A DNA stretch of 63,043 nucleotides, counting the filler, from Licmophora abbreviata (Eukaryota), in assembly GCA_900291995.1 (NCBI GenBank). It is 9 parts of 9 records of this genome, joined end to end, with 100 filler letters (N's around TTAATTAATTAA, not from the genome) between each part and the next. Parts side by side here need not be neighbours in the genome. Positions count along the whole stretch, not along the records: positions 31,164 to 46,283 come from OLMU01001393.1; 8 more parts are not named here. The stretch is one strand, 5' to 3'. Positions 32,408 to 44,400 of this stretch are shown one piece after another. The notes beneath the pieces are model-generated. The model saw only the letters and a program-made list of their open reading frames with translations. It was not told where the DNA came from and made no database searches. Every line of letters starts with the position of its first letter. Within the stretch, counting starts at the first letter, position 1. The position numbers were made by a program, and so were the translations under genes.

Positions 32408-33119
32408 ATGGTACGAAGTCAAGATTGTGCAAGGGTGCGTCCTGTTTGCTGGTCGTCGTCTCATGCCACGACCCCGTCGTCGTATCTTCATCGACACATC
32501 AGTCTGCCCGATCGGCCTCGAAGAAAGGCAGAAAGAAGCGCGCGAGACAGGATCCAGTAGCGGATCTCACTGACTCGAAGGTTCACGAAATTCAAGTTGC
32601 CTTTTCCAGCGTTTGTGAGGACAGCGAGGGTAAGTGCGAGATTGGCTCATCGACGAGTCGCGCAATACCAAGTGCGATCACTGTATGCACAGTACAAACT
32701 GCCCTTCTTTGTATTCATCTCCAGGATCAATTTCGATTCGTCAAGCTAAAAAGGCCATGAAATTGCTAGGAATTAGGCTGCACAAAGAAGAAATCGCTCA
32801 ACGCCTACAAACATCCAGTGACGATAGCGACGACTCGGCAGCGGACACGCTTGTTCTTGACGTGACGGCATTTACTGAGATGGCAGCAGAGTTTATCCTG
32901 CAGTATGATCGTATCCAACGCACCTTTCGACTCATAGACAGCGATAACAAGGGATTTCTGTCGTGGCAAGACTTGAAACGAGTCGCACAAGACTTAGGAG
33001 AGGACGAGCTGCAAGACGACCAAGTACTACAAGAAATGATTGAAGCTACCGACAAGGACGACAAGGGCTTTCTCGATCGAGGCGATTTTGCGCAATTGGC
33101 GAGACAAGTCAATCTGTAG
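32408..33119 (+). CDS. Centrin-like EF-hand protein; 3 exons (first exon is ATG only)
   Basis: Introns 32411-32502 and 32630-32724 give MSARSASKKGRKKR..LTDSKVHEIQVAF..GSISIRQAKKAMKLLG..FRLIDSDNKGFLSWQDLKRVAQDLGE..LQEMIEATDKDDKGFLDRGDF. Confidence 0.8.
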
Positions 33120-33207
33120 AAAATCAATTCACTCTCCGCTTGTGTAGTTTTAACCATTATTGAGCTCTACTCGTATATGACTTACGCGCAGCAAGCTTCT
33201 GATGGAA

Positions 33208-35298
33208 TTAGTCCCCGAGCTCTCCCTCGCCCTTGTCCACGCCTTCGTCTTCCGTTGTGCCAGCAATCAGTGATGTATCCTCCCCATCTGTCGTGCTGCT
33301 ACTGCGCATTGGAAGTCTCGTCAGCGGGATTTGCAGTACGGCACCAGCTGCTGCATCGTCATCGACTAATCTATCAGACAAGGAGACTGTATCGTTTTCA
33401 CACGAGTGAGCAGCGCTGCCAGCAATCGCGTTTCCCAGCGCCCCAGGATCGGAGAGTACGGATACGTCCAGACCTTCTTCACCGTCTTCCTTCTCCAATA
33501 ATTCTAACGGTGCTTCCGGTGGACCCTCTCTCGACGACGACGTAGCCAACGGGTGCTTCTTAGTAAGTGGTGGAGACACGATGAGGTCAGTTCCACTCGG
33601 AGGAGTCTCGAAACTCAAGTCTGAATCCTTCATCTGACTGGTGCTGGCTTGGGGAGGCGGGGTGATCGGCCGAGCAGTCAATACAGCCAGAGCAGACGCC
33701 AGCTGATGAGGCGCACCAACGTTCGGCTGCGGGTTCTTGAGAATACTCAGCGCTGCTAATGCCTCCTTTAAGGGGAATAGGTCAATGTCCGACACATCGT
33801 CACCAGTTTCGGGCTCCCATTCGAGACAGCTTTCCTTTTCATGGAACCCCACCGCCAGCAGAAGCTCTTTGCTCCCCACAAGCTGCTCGACTCGTTGAAA
33901 GCTCTCGTTGGACATGAAGATCTTGCGGTAGCGAGGGACATGTGGATGAGTCGACAGGTTCAGGACGTAGAGGTACAGCAGCTTAGCCCCAGCACGAAGT
34001 TCAGATGCATCATTTTCCGACACCAACAGTTCAATAGCTCGACGAAGCGTGTCATCTTCTTCAAAGGGAGAAGTAAACGCATGCACAGTTCGTTCCGTCG
34101 CCGGCGGTGTCGACGCAGCGGTCTCGCAGTTGCTGTCCGAAGCATCGACGAGGTCAACGGAGGAGATGTCCTGTGGCGCCACCTTCAACTTCGTCACAAG
34201 AGGCTCCAAATCTTCCATGATATGTTCAAGCCGTTCGTTCAATGCCGTCGACTGCACGTCACTCATTCTCAGACTCGTCAGTTCCGACTTGATCTCGACA
34301 AGTTTTGCCCATATCAACATTCGACTCATGGTGTCCAGCTCACTCTTGGTGCCAACGCGTTTCAGTAGATTCATAGACTGATCCGTCACCTTTTTGGTAG
34401 AACGATTCGAGAGTTGGTGCAAGATGCGCTCCTGTTGCCCGCAATGAGTCTGCAACACTTGGACTGCCGCTTCCAGTGCGTCTGTCAAGGCTGTATGCGA
34501 CGATGTACAAGCCTTTGGAGTGGCTTCGATCGATTCTTGGCCAATGATCTCATTTTGCGATGAATATGTACGGTGCTCCTGAAATTGTCCATTGTGAGAT
34601 TCCCGAGGCAAAGACGATTCGTCGAGTCCGTCTTGAAGTCCTCCTTCGTCTTCGTCACGTGCCCTCACTTGCTCCGTTCCATCCCCACCACTACTGCTAC
34701 CTCTTTCACGCAACGGCGCCGGAAACAGTGAAAATTCTCCCCCATTCAGCCATCGCACAGCTGCAGCAGCCGTCACACCAAGGAATCCACCCACGGCGAG
34801 CAGGGTCGGTACAAACATGGCATCGTCGTCCGTCGATGAAGAAATGGCAGCGGAACCGTAGTTCTGCGATGGCGCCAGAGAAGAAGAAGGTGCTGTGCGT
34901 GGCAGATGCGACGGCAGAGGCTCTCTCGTTTGAGCCCCTCCATGGGCAGTAGTAGTATGTTGTCGTTTGTCAGCGTCGTCGTGATTCATCATGACAACCC
35001 GATCCCACGCTTGATGAATCTGTTCTTGGCTCAAGCCTCGAGATTTCAAGTATTCCACCTTTTGTTCCGATGACGTGTTTTGTAACGACGGATGCATCCA
35101 GAAACGAACTGCTTTTTCCAGTTTCTCTTGCTCAGCCCTGCTTCCTGTAGAGCTGTCAGGAGCCATGACCGGAGCCTGCGATGGTTCTTGAACAGATGTA
35201 TCGGTACCATCAGCAGCAGAGGCCGTCGTCTCAAGCATGGAGTTCTCGCTCGTTTCTCCGTTCTGTATTCTCAAACTTTCATTCACCCCAGCTGACAT
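33208..35298 (-). CDS. Pex14 N-terminal domain, transmembrane segment, coiled coil and PUB domain (PEX14-like)
   Basis: AVRFWMHPSLQNTSSEQKVEYLKSRGLSQEQIHQA (Pex14_N); hydrophobic VPTLLAVGGFLGVTAAAAVRWL; PUB-like YVLNLSTHPHVPRYRKIFMSNESF..ELLLAVGF. Confidence 0.8.
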   Translation of the reverse strand: MSAGVNESLRIQNGETSENSMLETTASAADGTDTSVQEPSQAPVMAPDSSTGSRAEQEKLEKAVRFWMHPSLQNTSSEQKVEYLKSRGLSQEQIHQAWDRVVMMNHDDADKRQHTTTAHGGAQTREPLPSHLPRTAPSSSLAPSQNYGSAAISSSTDDDAMFVPTLLAVGGFLGVTAAAAVRWLNGGEFSLFPAPLRERGSSSGGDGTEQVRARDEDEGGLQDGLDESSLPRESHNGQFQEHRTYSSQNEIIGQESIEATPKACTSSHTALTDALEAAVQVLQTHCGQQERILHQLSNRSTKKVTDQSMNLLKRVGTKSELDTMSRMLIWAKLVEIKSELTSLRMSDVQSTALNERLEHIMEDLEPLVTKLKVAPQDISSVDLVDASDSNCETAASTPPATERTVHAFTSPFEEDDTLRRAIELLVSENDASELRAGAKLLYLYVLNLSTHPHVPRYRKIFMSNESFQRVEQLVGSKELLLAVGFHEKESCLEWEPETGDDVSDIDLFPLKEALAALSILKNPQPNVGAPHQLASALAVLTARPITPPPQASTSQMKDSDLSFETPPSGTDLIVSPPLTKKHPLATSSSREGPPEAPLELLEKEDGEEGLDVSVLSDPGALGNAIAGSAAHSCENDTVSLSDRLVDDDAAAGAVLQIPLTRLPMRSSSTTDGEDTSLIAGTTEDEGVDKGEGELGD

Positions 35299-35526
35299 AC
35301 TTTACACGCTCATTGACAAAGTGAAAGGAATGAAACCTGATGTGATATGGAAGAAAAGAAAGAGCTGCTCCCGTCTTACCACACAGATGATGCGAACACA
35401 GCGTTGAACTTTTTTTGATTTTGAGCGATGGAGTTCGAAGTGTGGCGCGCACTTTCTGGAGGAATCCAGAATGTCAGCGCAGCACGATCTGTCTCGTATC
35501 TTTTCGCACACACACAAAACGCAAGC

Positions 35527-36555
35527 ATGAAGTCGACGACACCCCAACGTCGTTTTCTGTTGTCCGTGCTCTTGATCCTTCCCACGGCGCTCTCCCTCTC
35601 TTCTACACCCCAAAAAGTATGTGTAATAGGTACCACGGGAACTCTGGGACGAGAAGCGATCCAGCAGCTGAGTAAATTGAGTATTCCGGTCAAGTGTCTC
35701 TTGCGACATGACATTTCGAATGTGTCACCTTCGTCTTCACTGGAGCAATCCGATTCAAGCAAACAAGTGGCTGCGTATCTCAACACTCTTCCAGGAGTAG
35801 AAATGATACACGGAGACGTCAATCAGATAGAATCGATTGAGGAACTGCTCCAAGACTGTACCGACTGTCTAGCCCTCTTTGGCCCGGTCGCTCCAAAACC
35901 CTTCTTTCGTGCGCTGTTTCCCTTTTGGTATCTTGAATCCACGCCCACACACCCCAAACAGCTCAACTATGAGGGTGTCAAGAACATTATTCAAGTTATG
36001 AACTCCTCGCAATCGTGTAAGCGGATCGTACGCATCACTGGCAAGGGTGAGTCGCCATGGAGTATCTTTAGTATACTCATCAACGTCTTCGGAGGCATGG
36101 CTAAAGGATGGAATTATGAAGGAGAACAGCTACTGCGACAAAGTTCTATCGACTATACCATTGTTCGACCGGGGATACTGACTGACTCGATAGAAGAAGG
36201 AATGGTGTTGGGCGTCAAGGACAACGGACAGGACATGAAAGTCACTCCTGTTACCTATTCCCAAATCGCAAAACTCTGCATCCACTCGTTGAAGTACGGA
36301 AACTGCAAGCGTGCGACTATAACTGCAATGAATGTTGTCAAAGGAGAGGAGGAGGGATTGACGTTGGTAAATGTAGAGAGCGATACGCGCGAGTTCCCGA
36401 TGACTCTGATTGATGAGCATCGCAAGGCGGCGCGTGTCGGTGGACTCGCAATTATGGCTCTTTCGGCACTTATGGCGCAGCTGGTCGCAAGCAAGGTGCT
36501 CGGTTTACTCAAGTGGATGTTTGCGATGGTGGCAAAACGAATCAAGGTAGACTGA
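35527..36555 (+). CDS. Atypical SDR / NAD(P)-binding Rossmann protein with N-terminal signal and C-terminal hydrophobic helix
   Basis: VCVIGTTGTLGRE, GDV, NYEGVKNII, GEQLLRQSSIDYTIVRPGIL. Confidence 0.82.
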   Translation: MKSTTPQRRFLLSVLLILPTALSLSSTPQKVCVIGTTGTLGREAIQQLSKLSIPVKCLLRHDISNVSPSSSLEQSDSSKQVAAYLNTLPGVEMIHGDVNQIESIEELLQDCTDCLALFGPVAPKPFFRALFPFWYLESTPTHPKQLNYEGVKNIIQVMNSSQSCKRIVRITGKGESPWSIFSILINVFGGMAKGWNYEGEQLLRQSSIDYTIVRPGILTDSIEEGMVLGVKDNGQDMKVTPVTYSQIAKLCIHSLKYGNCKRATITAMNVVKGEEEGLTLVNVESDTREFPMTLIDEHRKAARVGGLAIMALSALMAQLVASKVLGLLKWMFAMVAKRIKVD

Positions 36556-37003
36556 CAAAATTCACATGTCGTTTGTAGCGTCCCACGAGCACGATCCCGT
36601 GAATGAAGTATCGATCGCAGATCAAAGTAACGATGACCTATATTTAGATCCACAAAGATCCATTTGTACTTCGAACAGCTTATCATGTGCTGAATAGCTT
36701 AGTGATGAGTGAATGTGAGACTGCCGTCGCATCTCGATTCTAAATCGGGGTGATCTGACGATCAAAAAGTCGAGTGAAGTCAGTCGAGTAAGTCAAGTCA
36801 GTCGATCGAGCGAGTCATTATGACAGACCCCAGTCATTGTTGATACTTTCCAATGCTCACTTTTTCTCCCGCCATCGGCCTATCAGCCATAAAACCATAA
36901 ATGCCCTTCCGTTCTTTTGCCACTTGACGACGAAATAGCTCTCATTGCTCTTTGATCACATCGTTGAAAGCTTACGAAGAGCTTCTCTTTGCTTGTGAGA
37001 GGG

Positions 37004-40000
37004 ATGTCATCGTCTTCACCGCTGCCGTCGAACAGCGACGACGAGTTATCCCTGCGCAGTAGGAGCAGCGGCACCAATACTGACGATGACGAGCTGCTCG
37101 AAGACTTTCCAACGCGGCCAGAGACGCGGGATCAACCAACTTTTGTTAGATCCAAATCCCTTGGTATCTTTCCAAAGAACTCCTCACTTTCGTCGCCTTC
37201 CAGAGAGCTCTATCGCCACATGATAGACAGCGCGAGCAAGTCCTTTAGCAATCTGTTTGACGACGATCACGGCGAAGCTGTGGAGCACGAGACGAGCACT
37301 ACAACTCCAGCAAAAGTAGGAAGATCTATCAGTCTATTCTCAAAGCAGCCTCAGGTGATCACCCCGACCAGCCCGATTGCAGATCTCCGTCGCCGTGTGC
37401 AAGAATCGACCATGGGCGGAAGTGACTCTCAACTCGTACGTCCCTTGAGGCGCACCCGGAGTTACACTCCCCCTCCGCCGCATGGTCAACTTGTCAATAC
37501 CAACACCACCACGGAGGAAGCATCTATCTCAGAAGTGCCACTGAGCCCTACTCGGTCAATCAGAGACTTAGATCTGGGCTCACAATATCGATCGCCTCGT
37601 CGATTGTTGGAAGAAAGCATAATGGGATTGCGACCCACGGAGGACTTGTTGAACAGCGACGATGACCAGAGCAGTTTGGATTCCAGCAGTGATGATGAAA
37701 GCCTGGAAAGACCCGATGTTCTAGACTCTGGTACAAGACCAGCGGGTACTCCTCCCGTGTATTTACCAAACCTGCAAGCGGCTGCTACAAATGTTTCGAG
37801 TGGATTTGTAACTCTGCCTCGTGATAGACGAGCAGAACGATTGCAAAATGAAACTGATCAAGCACAGAGTGGTAGCATTGGGTCTGGTACGTGGCATGGG
37901 ACGTACAAAATTGTACTGCACAAGAAAGTCAGCTCGATTATGTTGATTCGTTGAAGACCACGAACATGCATGCAATACTACTACACACGTTCATGTACTC
38001 ACCAGACGTTCTTCGATCGCTGTTCAGCTTACGCAGCTCCTGTGAGTAAGTTTCGAAGATACCAAGTCAACTCTCCTCCACAGAGAGGACTTTCAAGGCA
38101 TGGCCATTGTGATGGTCTTTGCAACAGCGATGGAGAAGAAGGTACGATACGAGTGAGCGAGATTGATGCAGTCTAGTACTGCGAAGCTGTGTGCTACTTT
38201 GGTGTTCGTGTATGACGTCAACTGACGAAATTTCGTGGTCTGTTGATGTGGTCTCCGGTTCAGGAGTCATTGCTCGGCAAGACCCGTCGGACATGGCGAG
38301 AAACACGTCCTCGTGTGAGTCTCTCCCTCATTCTTTGCAATCTTTGAGCTCGTCGCAAGTCAGCAGGAGTATGTTAGAGTCTACTAGCACTGGAGGCTTA
38401 TTCCAAGACGCCGAATTGGTCGAGCCGAGTACTGTGGAAGTTCCACCCACAACGACTAGCAGCAGTGCGCGCCTCTCGTTTACAGCCGACTCTCCTTACT
38501 ATACAAGCTTTGTCGAGAAGGAAATGCAACAGCTGCAGGTTCTGAACAATACTTTGCGAGATATCAGCGCCCGAGCCAAGACCTTTGGCAAGTGCGGCGC
38601 GTTGATGGCCGAGTCGACAAGGAGACTCTCGCTCGCCTGCAAGCTACGGCCCTCGGCGCCCAATGGAGAAGGAGGTGTATCTGGTAGCAGCAGCAGTACG
38701 ACAGGAGAAGAGACGGCCGAGGCTAGACAAGAAAGGGAGGACCAGATGGTGTTGGAACGTCAAGAAAGTGTCGGAGAAGAAATGGGCAGCGTGCTCAGTG
38801 TGCTCGGGGACGTAAGTGTGTCGCCCTCTCTCGATGCTGTCGACTGCTGCTCGTGCTTCTTCGGAACGCCTCTCATACATTCGTCCATCCTTCACCATGC
38901 TCTACTACAGGTTCTCAATGAAATTGCCGATGCGCAGGTCCAAATGTGTGACTCCTTGGAAGCTTCTCTTGCTCTGTCCCTGGAAGCTTTCTGCGGTACC
39001 GAATTGCAGCAGGTTCAGTTGCTCAAGACGGAAGCCGAACAGTGCACCGAAGCTGCGGAGACGAGTCTTTCTCGCTACCTCAATGGTCGTCATGCACCCA
39101 ACAATGCTACGGACAAGATTCCAATGGACTCGTGGAATAGGCTCAGTGATGTCGTTAGCCAACAGGTCGGTGGGACGTTGACGAAATGGAAACACGGCGA
39201 ACTGGCTGGAGGCACGACTGCTGACCGCAACACCACAGGCGGAAAGAAGAACTGGAGAAACAGCAGTAATCGAGGCACTGTGTCTGGTGGCGCAAATGTG
39301 CTTGTGACTTCTCTGCGGGACGAACAGACGTCCAGCGGCAATTCGCGCCACATTAAGCGCAACAGTGTAGACCCGTCCATGGTCATGGCATCAACGGCTG
39401 CTAATCTTCAGCTATCACTCCAACAGATCCGACTGGCACAAGCCAACGCCGAGTTGAAACGCTTTCAACTCTTGAAGAAGATTGTCAACATAAAGGTGAG
39501 GATAAGTGTGATGACCGTGTGATGCGTCTGACATGTGGTTGCGGATCGCGGTGTGTTGCATTTCGCATTCGTGTCGCTCAACTGCGTATCCCCCACCGCA
39601 CAGAAACGCCGCAACTTTGAATTGGGGGAGAGCGCTTTGGCGTCACTGTGTGGTATCCGCGCTTACTTTCATCACTGCTCAGATCTCGTGCAGGGCTTGT
39701 CGCCCCGTATGAATCGCATTCAAGAAGAGCAAAAGGTGTCGCGCGACAAACACCAGGCAGAGTTACAACCATGGGAAACGCGTCAAGAGGGACTCCTTGG
39801 TACCCTCGATCAGTTTGGATCAGCAGCTATGAATGCGCAGATTGCCGCGGACGGTATTGCACAGGGCGATGATCGTTTCTTAGAAGATCAAGCGACTTCG
39901 CTTGATTCTATCGAACGCAGCACACATATCTGGGAAACACCGACTCTTTTGGCGGAGAGCTCGAGGTATCAACGAGATCCCGCGCCTGGCGTGATTGTGG

Positions 40001-41313
40001 AAGGGTGGTTATTCAAGAAGAGCTCGTCGCGCATGGCGCTTACTCCTTGGAGTCGACGTTGGTTCATGATGGATAGAGACGGGATCTACTACTTTCGGTC
40101 GAGCAATGAAGTAAAGAGAGGTGTCGGAAGCGGCTATTTGCATACTCTGGAGCGCGTCAAGATTTGCGACGTGGTTCTTTGCATGGTCCGCGAAGTCCCT
40201 TCGAGTGATGGACATCGCTTCTGTTTCGAGATCGTCACGCCCACACAGAAGCCTCTCATGCTACAAGCCCGTGGCCCAGCGGAGTATCGCATGTGGGTTG
40301 ACGGAATTCGCTCGGGCGTCGAGACGCAGCTTGTACACGGTAACGTATCGGCTGAAGGCCTCATGCAGGATATCGGGAAGAAGAAACGTGGCTCTGGTGT
40401 GCCTGACAAGACGCTTGGAAGCATGCTGGCAGACGAAACAGTGACGCACCGAGAGGGCTTGGAGGCTGGTTTCGACGGTTCCAGTGATGTGCCTACCCCT
40501 CAGTTTCGCGAAGAGCTCGACAGCGACGGAGACGAGGAGCTACAAAAGGCGACTGCCCAAGATGATCTCATGCGGTCATCCAAGAAACGAACGAGCGCCA
40601 CGGTGACACAGATCTTGGAGGCGAATCCTGTATGTGCCGACTGCGGAGTATCAAATCCCGACTGGGCGGCCATCAATTTGGGAGTCGTTTTATGCATCGA
40701 GTGTAGCGGAGTCCACCGAAGTCTCGGTGTCCATGTGAGCAAGGTCAGATCGCTCATGTTGGACACTCTTAGCGATACGGAAGGGAACCTCTTGCTGGAG
40801 CTTGGGAACGACCGGGTAAATCCCATATGGGAAGCTGGTCTTCGGCACCAGCATGGCTGGAAGAAGCCGACGGCATCATCTAGTCGGAAAACGAAAGAAG
40901 ACTGGATAAGAAGTAAGTATCAGTGGAAAGGATTCCTCGAGCAACGCGAGTCTGACGGGAAGAACCAGAAGGAACGGGAAGAGAATTCTTCGCGAGACTT
41001 GTACGAGGCAGCCCGCACTGGAAACCTCCTGGCTACAGCGGAATCACTTGCGCACGGAGCCAACGTAGACTGGAAGAACCACCGAGAAGACGGAAAGACC
41101 GCTTTGCACATCTGCGCTATTGGTCGACCGAGCAAGAAGGGCGATGGCGACACGGCGACCCTGTGGCAAGGTATCGAATGCGCGGAGCTGCTCGTACAGA
41201 ATGGAGCAAAAATGATGGCACACGACAATAGTCACCATGGTGTGCTTGACTGTGCTATGATTGGCAACGCAGAAAGGGAAATGATTGAGTACCTGTCGGC
41301 AAGGACGGGGTAG
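37004..41313 (+). CDS. ACAP/centaurin-beta-type ArfGAP (BAR, PH, ArfGAP, ankyrin); 5 exons
   Basis: Introns 37887-38027, 38142-38263, 38812-38910 and 39496-39603. Motifs: DSPYY BAR start, [49 protein letters not shown]rfGAP, GKTALH ankyrin. Confidence 0.92.
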
Positions 41314-41401
41314 AGCATCGAATATCATACGATCGCAGTTCTAGAGCCCCAATGAGCGAAAGTAGACACATCAAAAATCACGTTATCATAGGAAACAAAT
41401 A

Positions 41402-44400
41402 CTAACATTCATGTAGCGACCTGCCGCCATAGCCATCGCTGGATGACAAGAGGCCTGGCTCGACAGCATTTGGCGTATCGCCGTTCATGGAGATTGCCCG
41501 ATCATTACTTCCACGCGCCATCGACTTGGCAAACTGGCGATCTAGTGCAGCGGCGTCGTCAGCAGTAGCCCCGTCGGCATCTTTGCCATCTGTCGCGACA
41601 TACTCCACTTCGATCGCAATTCCCTCGTCAACTGAAGATCGTTTGAGGGCCTTCGGAACGGTGAGCTTTTTCGTTTTGGCCTCGCCAGACAGATTTGAAG
41701 CAAACTTAGCATTTCGGTTGCGCTTCGTCGCGAGCTTCTGGAAGCTGAAATTTTTGGCGACCGTCGTCACCTCCTCCTTCAGATCATTGGCGATCTGCTG
41801 AAGGCTCATTGTCTCGTACGCTTCGCGGAGCGACTTCATGTGGGTGGAACTCTCGTCTACGAAACTTTGGGATACAGAACTCTTTCCGTCTCGACTGGTC
41901 AAGTCTGCACATAAGAGACGCTGAGATAACGGGGAAGCATGTCGGCCTTCATCTTTTGTAGAAAAGTCAGTGCTTTCGCTTCGAGCCCGTTGAAAAGACG
42001 ATCTGGAACTTTGGGTCCTTCCAGGATTCCAGGTGTCGCTGCCATCGCTCGCTGACGCCTCAGCAGACAGAACTTGTGAGCTCCCTTCTGATTCTGAGGC
42101 GAAGCTAAAGGTAGGCTGCTTTGACTCGTTTTCAGGCGAATTCGCCAGAAATCGCGCAGAATCCGAGTAGTGGTTTGTCAGCCGCGGTTCATTTCGTCGC
42201 TCAGCGCCCATGCGTTGTCTTCGGTTTTCCCGCGTCTTTCGAGGATCATGCCTGGGAAGATGCGAGGCTCCCTGGCCCTCGTCTTGATTTTCTGACACAG
42301 ACTGACGCTTCACCACTTCAAGTCTTTTAGTGCTGCGCTGTCTTGGTCCATTGGCGACGGGAAGGTCGACTTGTCTGCGTCCGTCAGACGAATTCTGTGC
42401 TCTCGACTTACCAACAAGCGCATCGCGATGCTCCCCACTTCTTCTGCGATTTTTCAAGACGAGACTCGCGCGGTTCGCAATAGAGGAAGTGGGAGATATG
42501 ATAGAGGTATCAACGGCGGATGCTGTCACATTGAATGTCGACAGAACATTGCCGACACTCGAAGATCCTGCGCTTACAACCGAGTCCGCCTTATCATCCG
42601 CGGACGGAGACGGCTTTGAGGAGGACCGCGCCTCAAGCTGTTTCCGGTGATGATATCGATTTCCAGCGAAAGGACTAGGAGTTCCAGTTGGGGTGCCTCC
42701 TACGGCGAGGTCTACGGGCGAGGTAATCACCGACACGCTAGGCGTCTTCTCTTTCTTCTTTTTCTTGGCTGCAATCTCGGTCGGAGGCGACTTCTCGACC
42801 GCCGCGGTGAAATTCCAGTCTGACTCTCCTGATGCTAGAGAGTTTTGATGATCGCTCGACACTGATCCATTGTACTGATGCTTCTGGTGCAGGGCGCGTT
42901 TTTCTTGAAGAAATTTCCTCCGTTCTTCAGACCCAACGGCACCGGGAGACTTCCGAGGCGTAATCCGCCCCGGCTCGTCCGCGTGCTCCAGAAGTTTGGC
43001 GTTTGTAACGGTATCTCTGCTCGAAGGAGCTAATCGACGGATCGGTTTGTCAGGCGTCCTTAGTTGAGTCGGAGGCTTCTGTGCAAGTGTGATGTCCTTG
43101 TCCATTTTCTCTCGCCGAACAAGCGACGAAAGCGAAGAAGCCCCAAGTTGGTTGGAGCGAACAGGCGTCGAGTGATCTTTTGACGGATATGCATTCATCT
43201 TTTCAACATCGGACCGAACCGGCGTCGAAAGCTCGGTCTTCGGAATGGCAGGCCTCATTTCAGCATGCGAACGAACGGGCGTCGTGTTCCTCCGCCCTGA
43301 ATGAGCTGCTACGCCCTCCTCTTCCTCAGCCGATGCCTGGGAGCCAGATGCAGACAGACTCATTGCGTACGATGCCGACCCCGACTGAGCCGGTTTCAGT
43401 CTGTTCTTTTTCATAACATCCTTCAGGGTCCACTCCGTCACAGGTTTTGAAGGAAGATTCGGCCGCACAACACGCTTAGGAACACCCCGCGGAGCTTCAC
43501 CCTCTGCCCTAGACGGACCCATTGGTGCAAAGGCTGAGGAAGCCGACTCCAACGACGCGGGTGCCTTCTTTACACCATCCACCGGCTCAGGGAATGCATA
43601 TTTCCATGAGTTCTTCGATTTCTTCTTCTTCACTGCAATTTCAAGCGCTTTCGCTCGACGGGCTGGAGACGAACGAGCCCACGGTCCCGAATTTGACACG
43701 ATATTGCTGGGATCTCCCGACCCATCGCCAACGGAATCAACAGTCGTGGGAGTTGCAGCCATACTTTCTGGTTTCCGTGCATCATTTGACGCGTCCGACA
43801 CGGTCCTGATATGACCCTTTGGCACATCCGATCCCGAGACTAACACTGGCATGGCAGGCCCTTCAGAGGATTTTGTAGATGGACCCGGAGGGATCGCTCT
43901 CTTCCAGGACAGCGACCCCGACAACGCTCCTTCGCTACCGAGTTTGCTCACAGACTTCGGGGTCGGGCGGAGCTCCACATTCCTCCATGATGGCTGGGAG
44001 CTCGAAATTGGCGGGGGTGTGGGCTCGCCAGGCGATGGGGTTTGTCTTCCCGATGCCTCTGGGGCGATCTTCGCAAAAGACTTCGGAGTCAGCTGCTTCT
44101 TTCCCGACGTCGGCGTTCCACGACCACTGACCGGAGTGCTTGGTGCCGATAATTTCACCCCTCCACTGACCGGAGTGCTTGGTGCCGATGCCCTATGTGT
44201 CCATCTCTCTACCACCGAGCCTCTGCTGGGTGTCGAAGGCGCCACCGGCGGAACGTTCGAGGGGCGACTGATACTTTCGTCGGCGCTACTCGGCGCCTGT
44301 ACGCGCTTCGTCCAAATATCCGACACGGCATGTTTTCGGGGAGCTACCGCTGGCTCATCTTTCAAATGGTTCGACGCGACAGTATCGGACTTGACCGACG

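Noticed and set aside
36775..36830. AGTC-rich degenerate repeats upstream of the ArfGAP gene, and (GATGGAC)n near 15740
   Set aside because: Simple low-complexity sequence with no spacers; not CRISPR-like.
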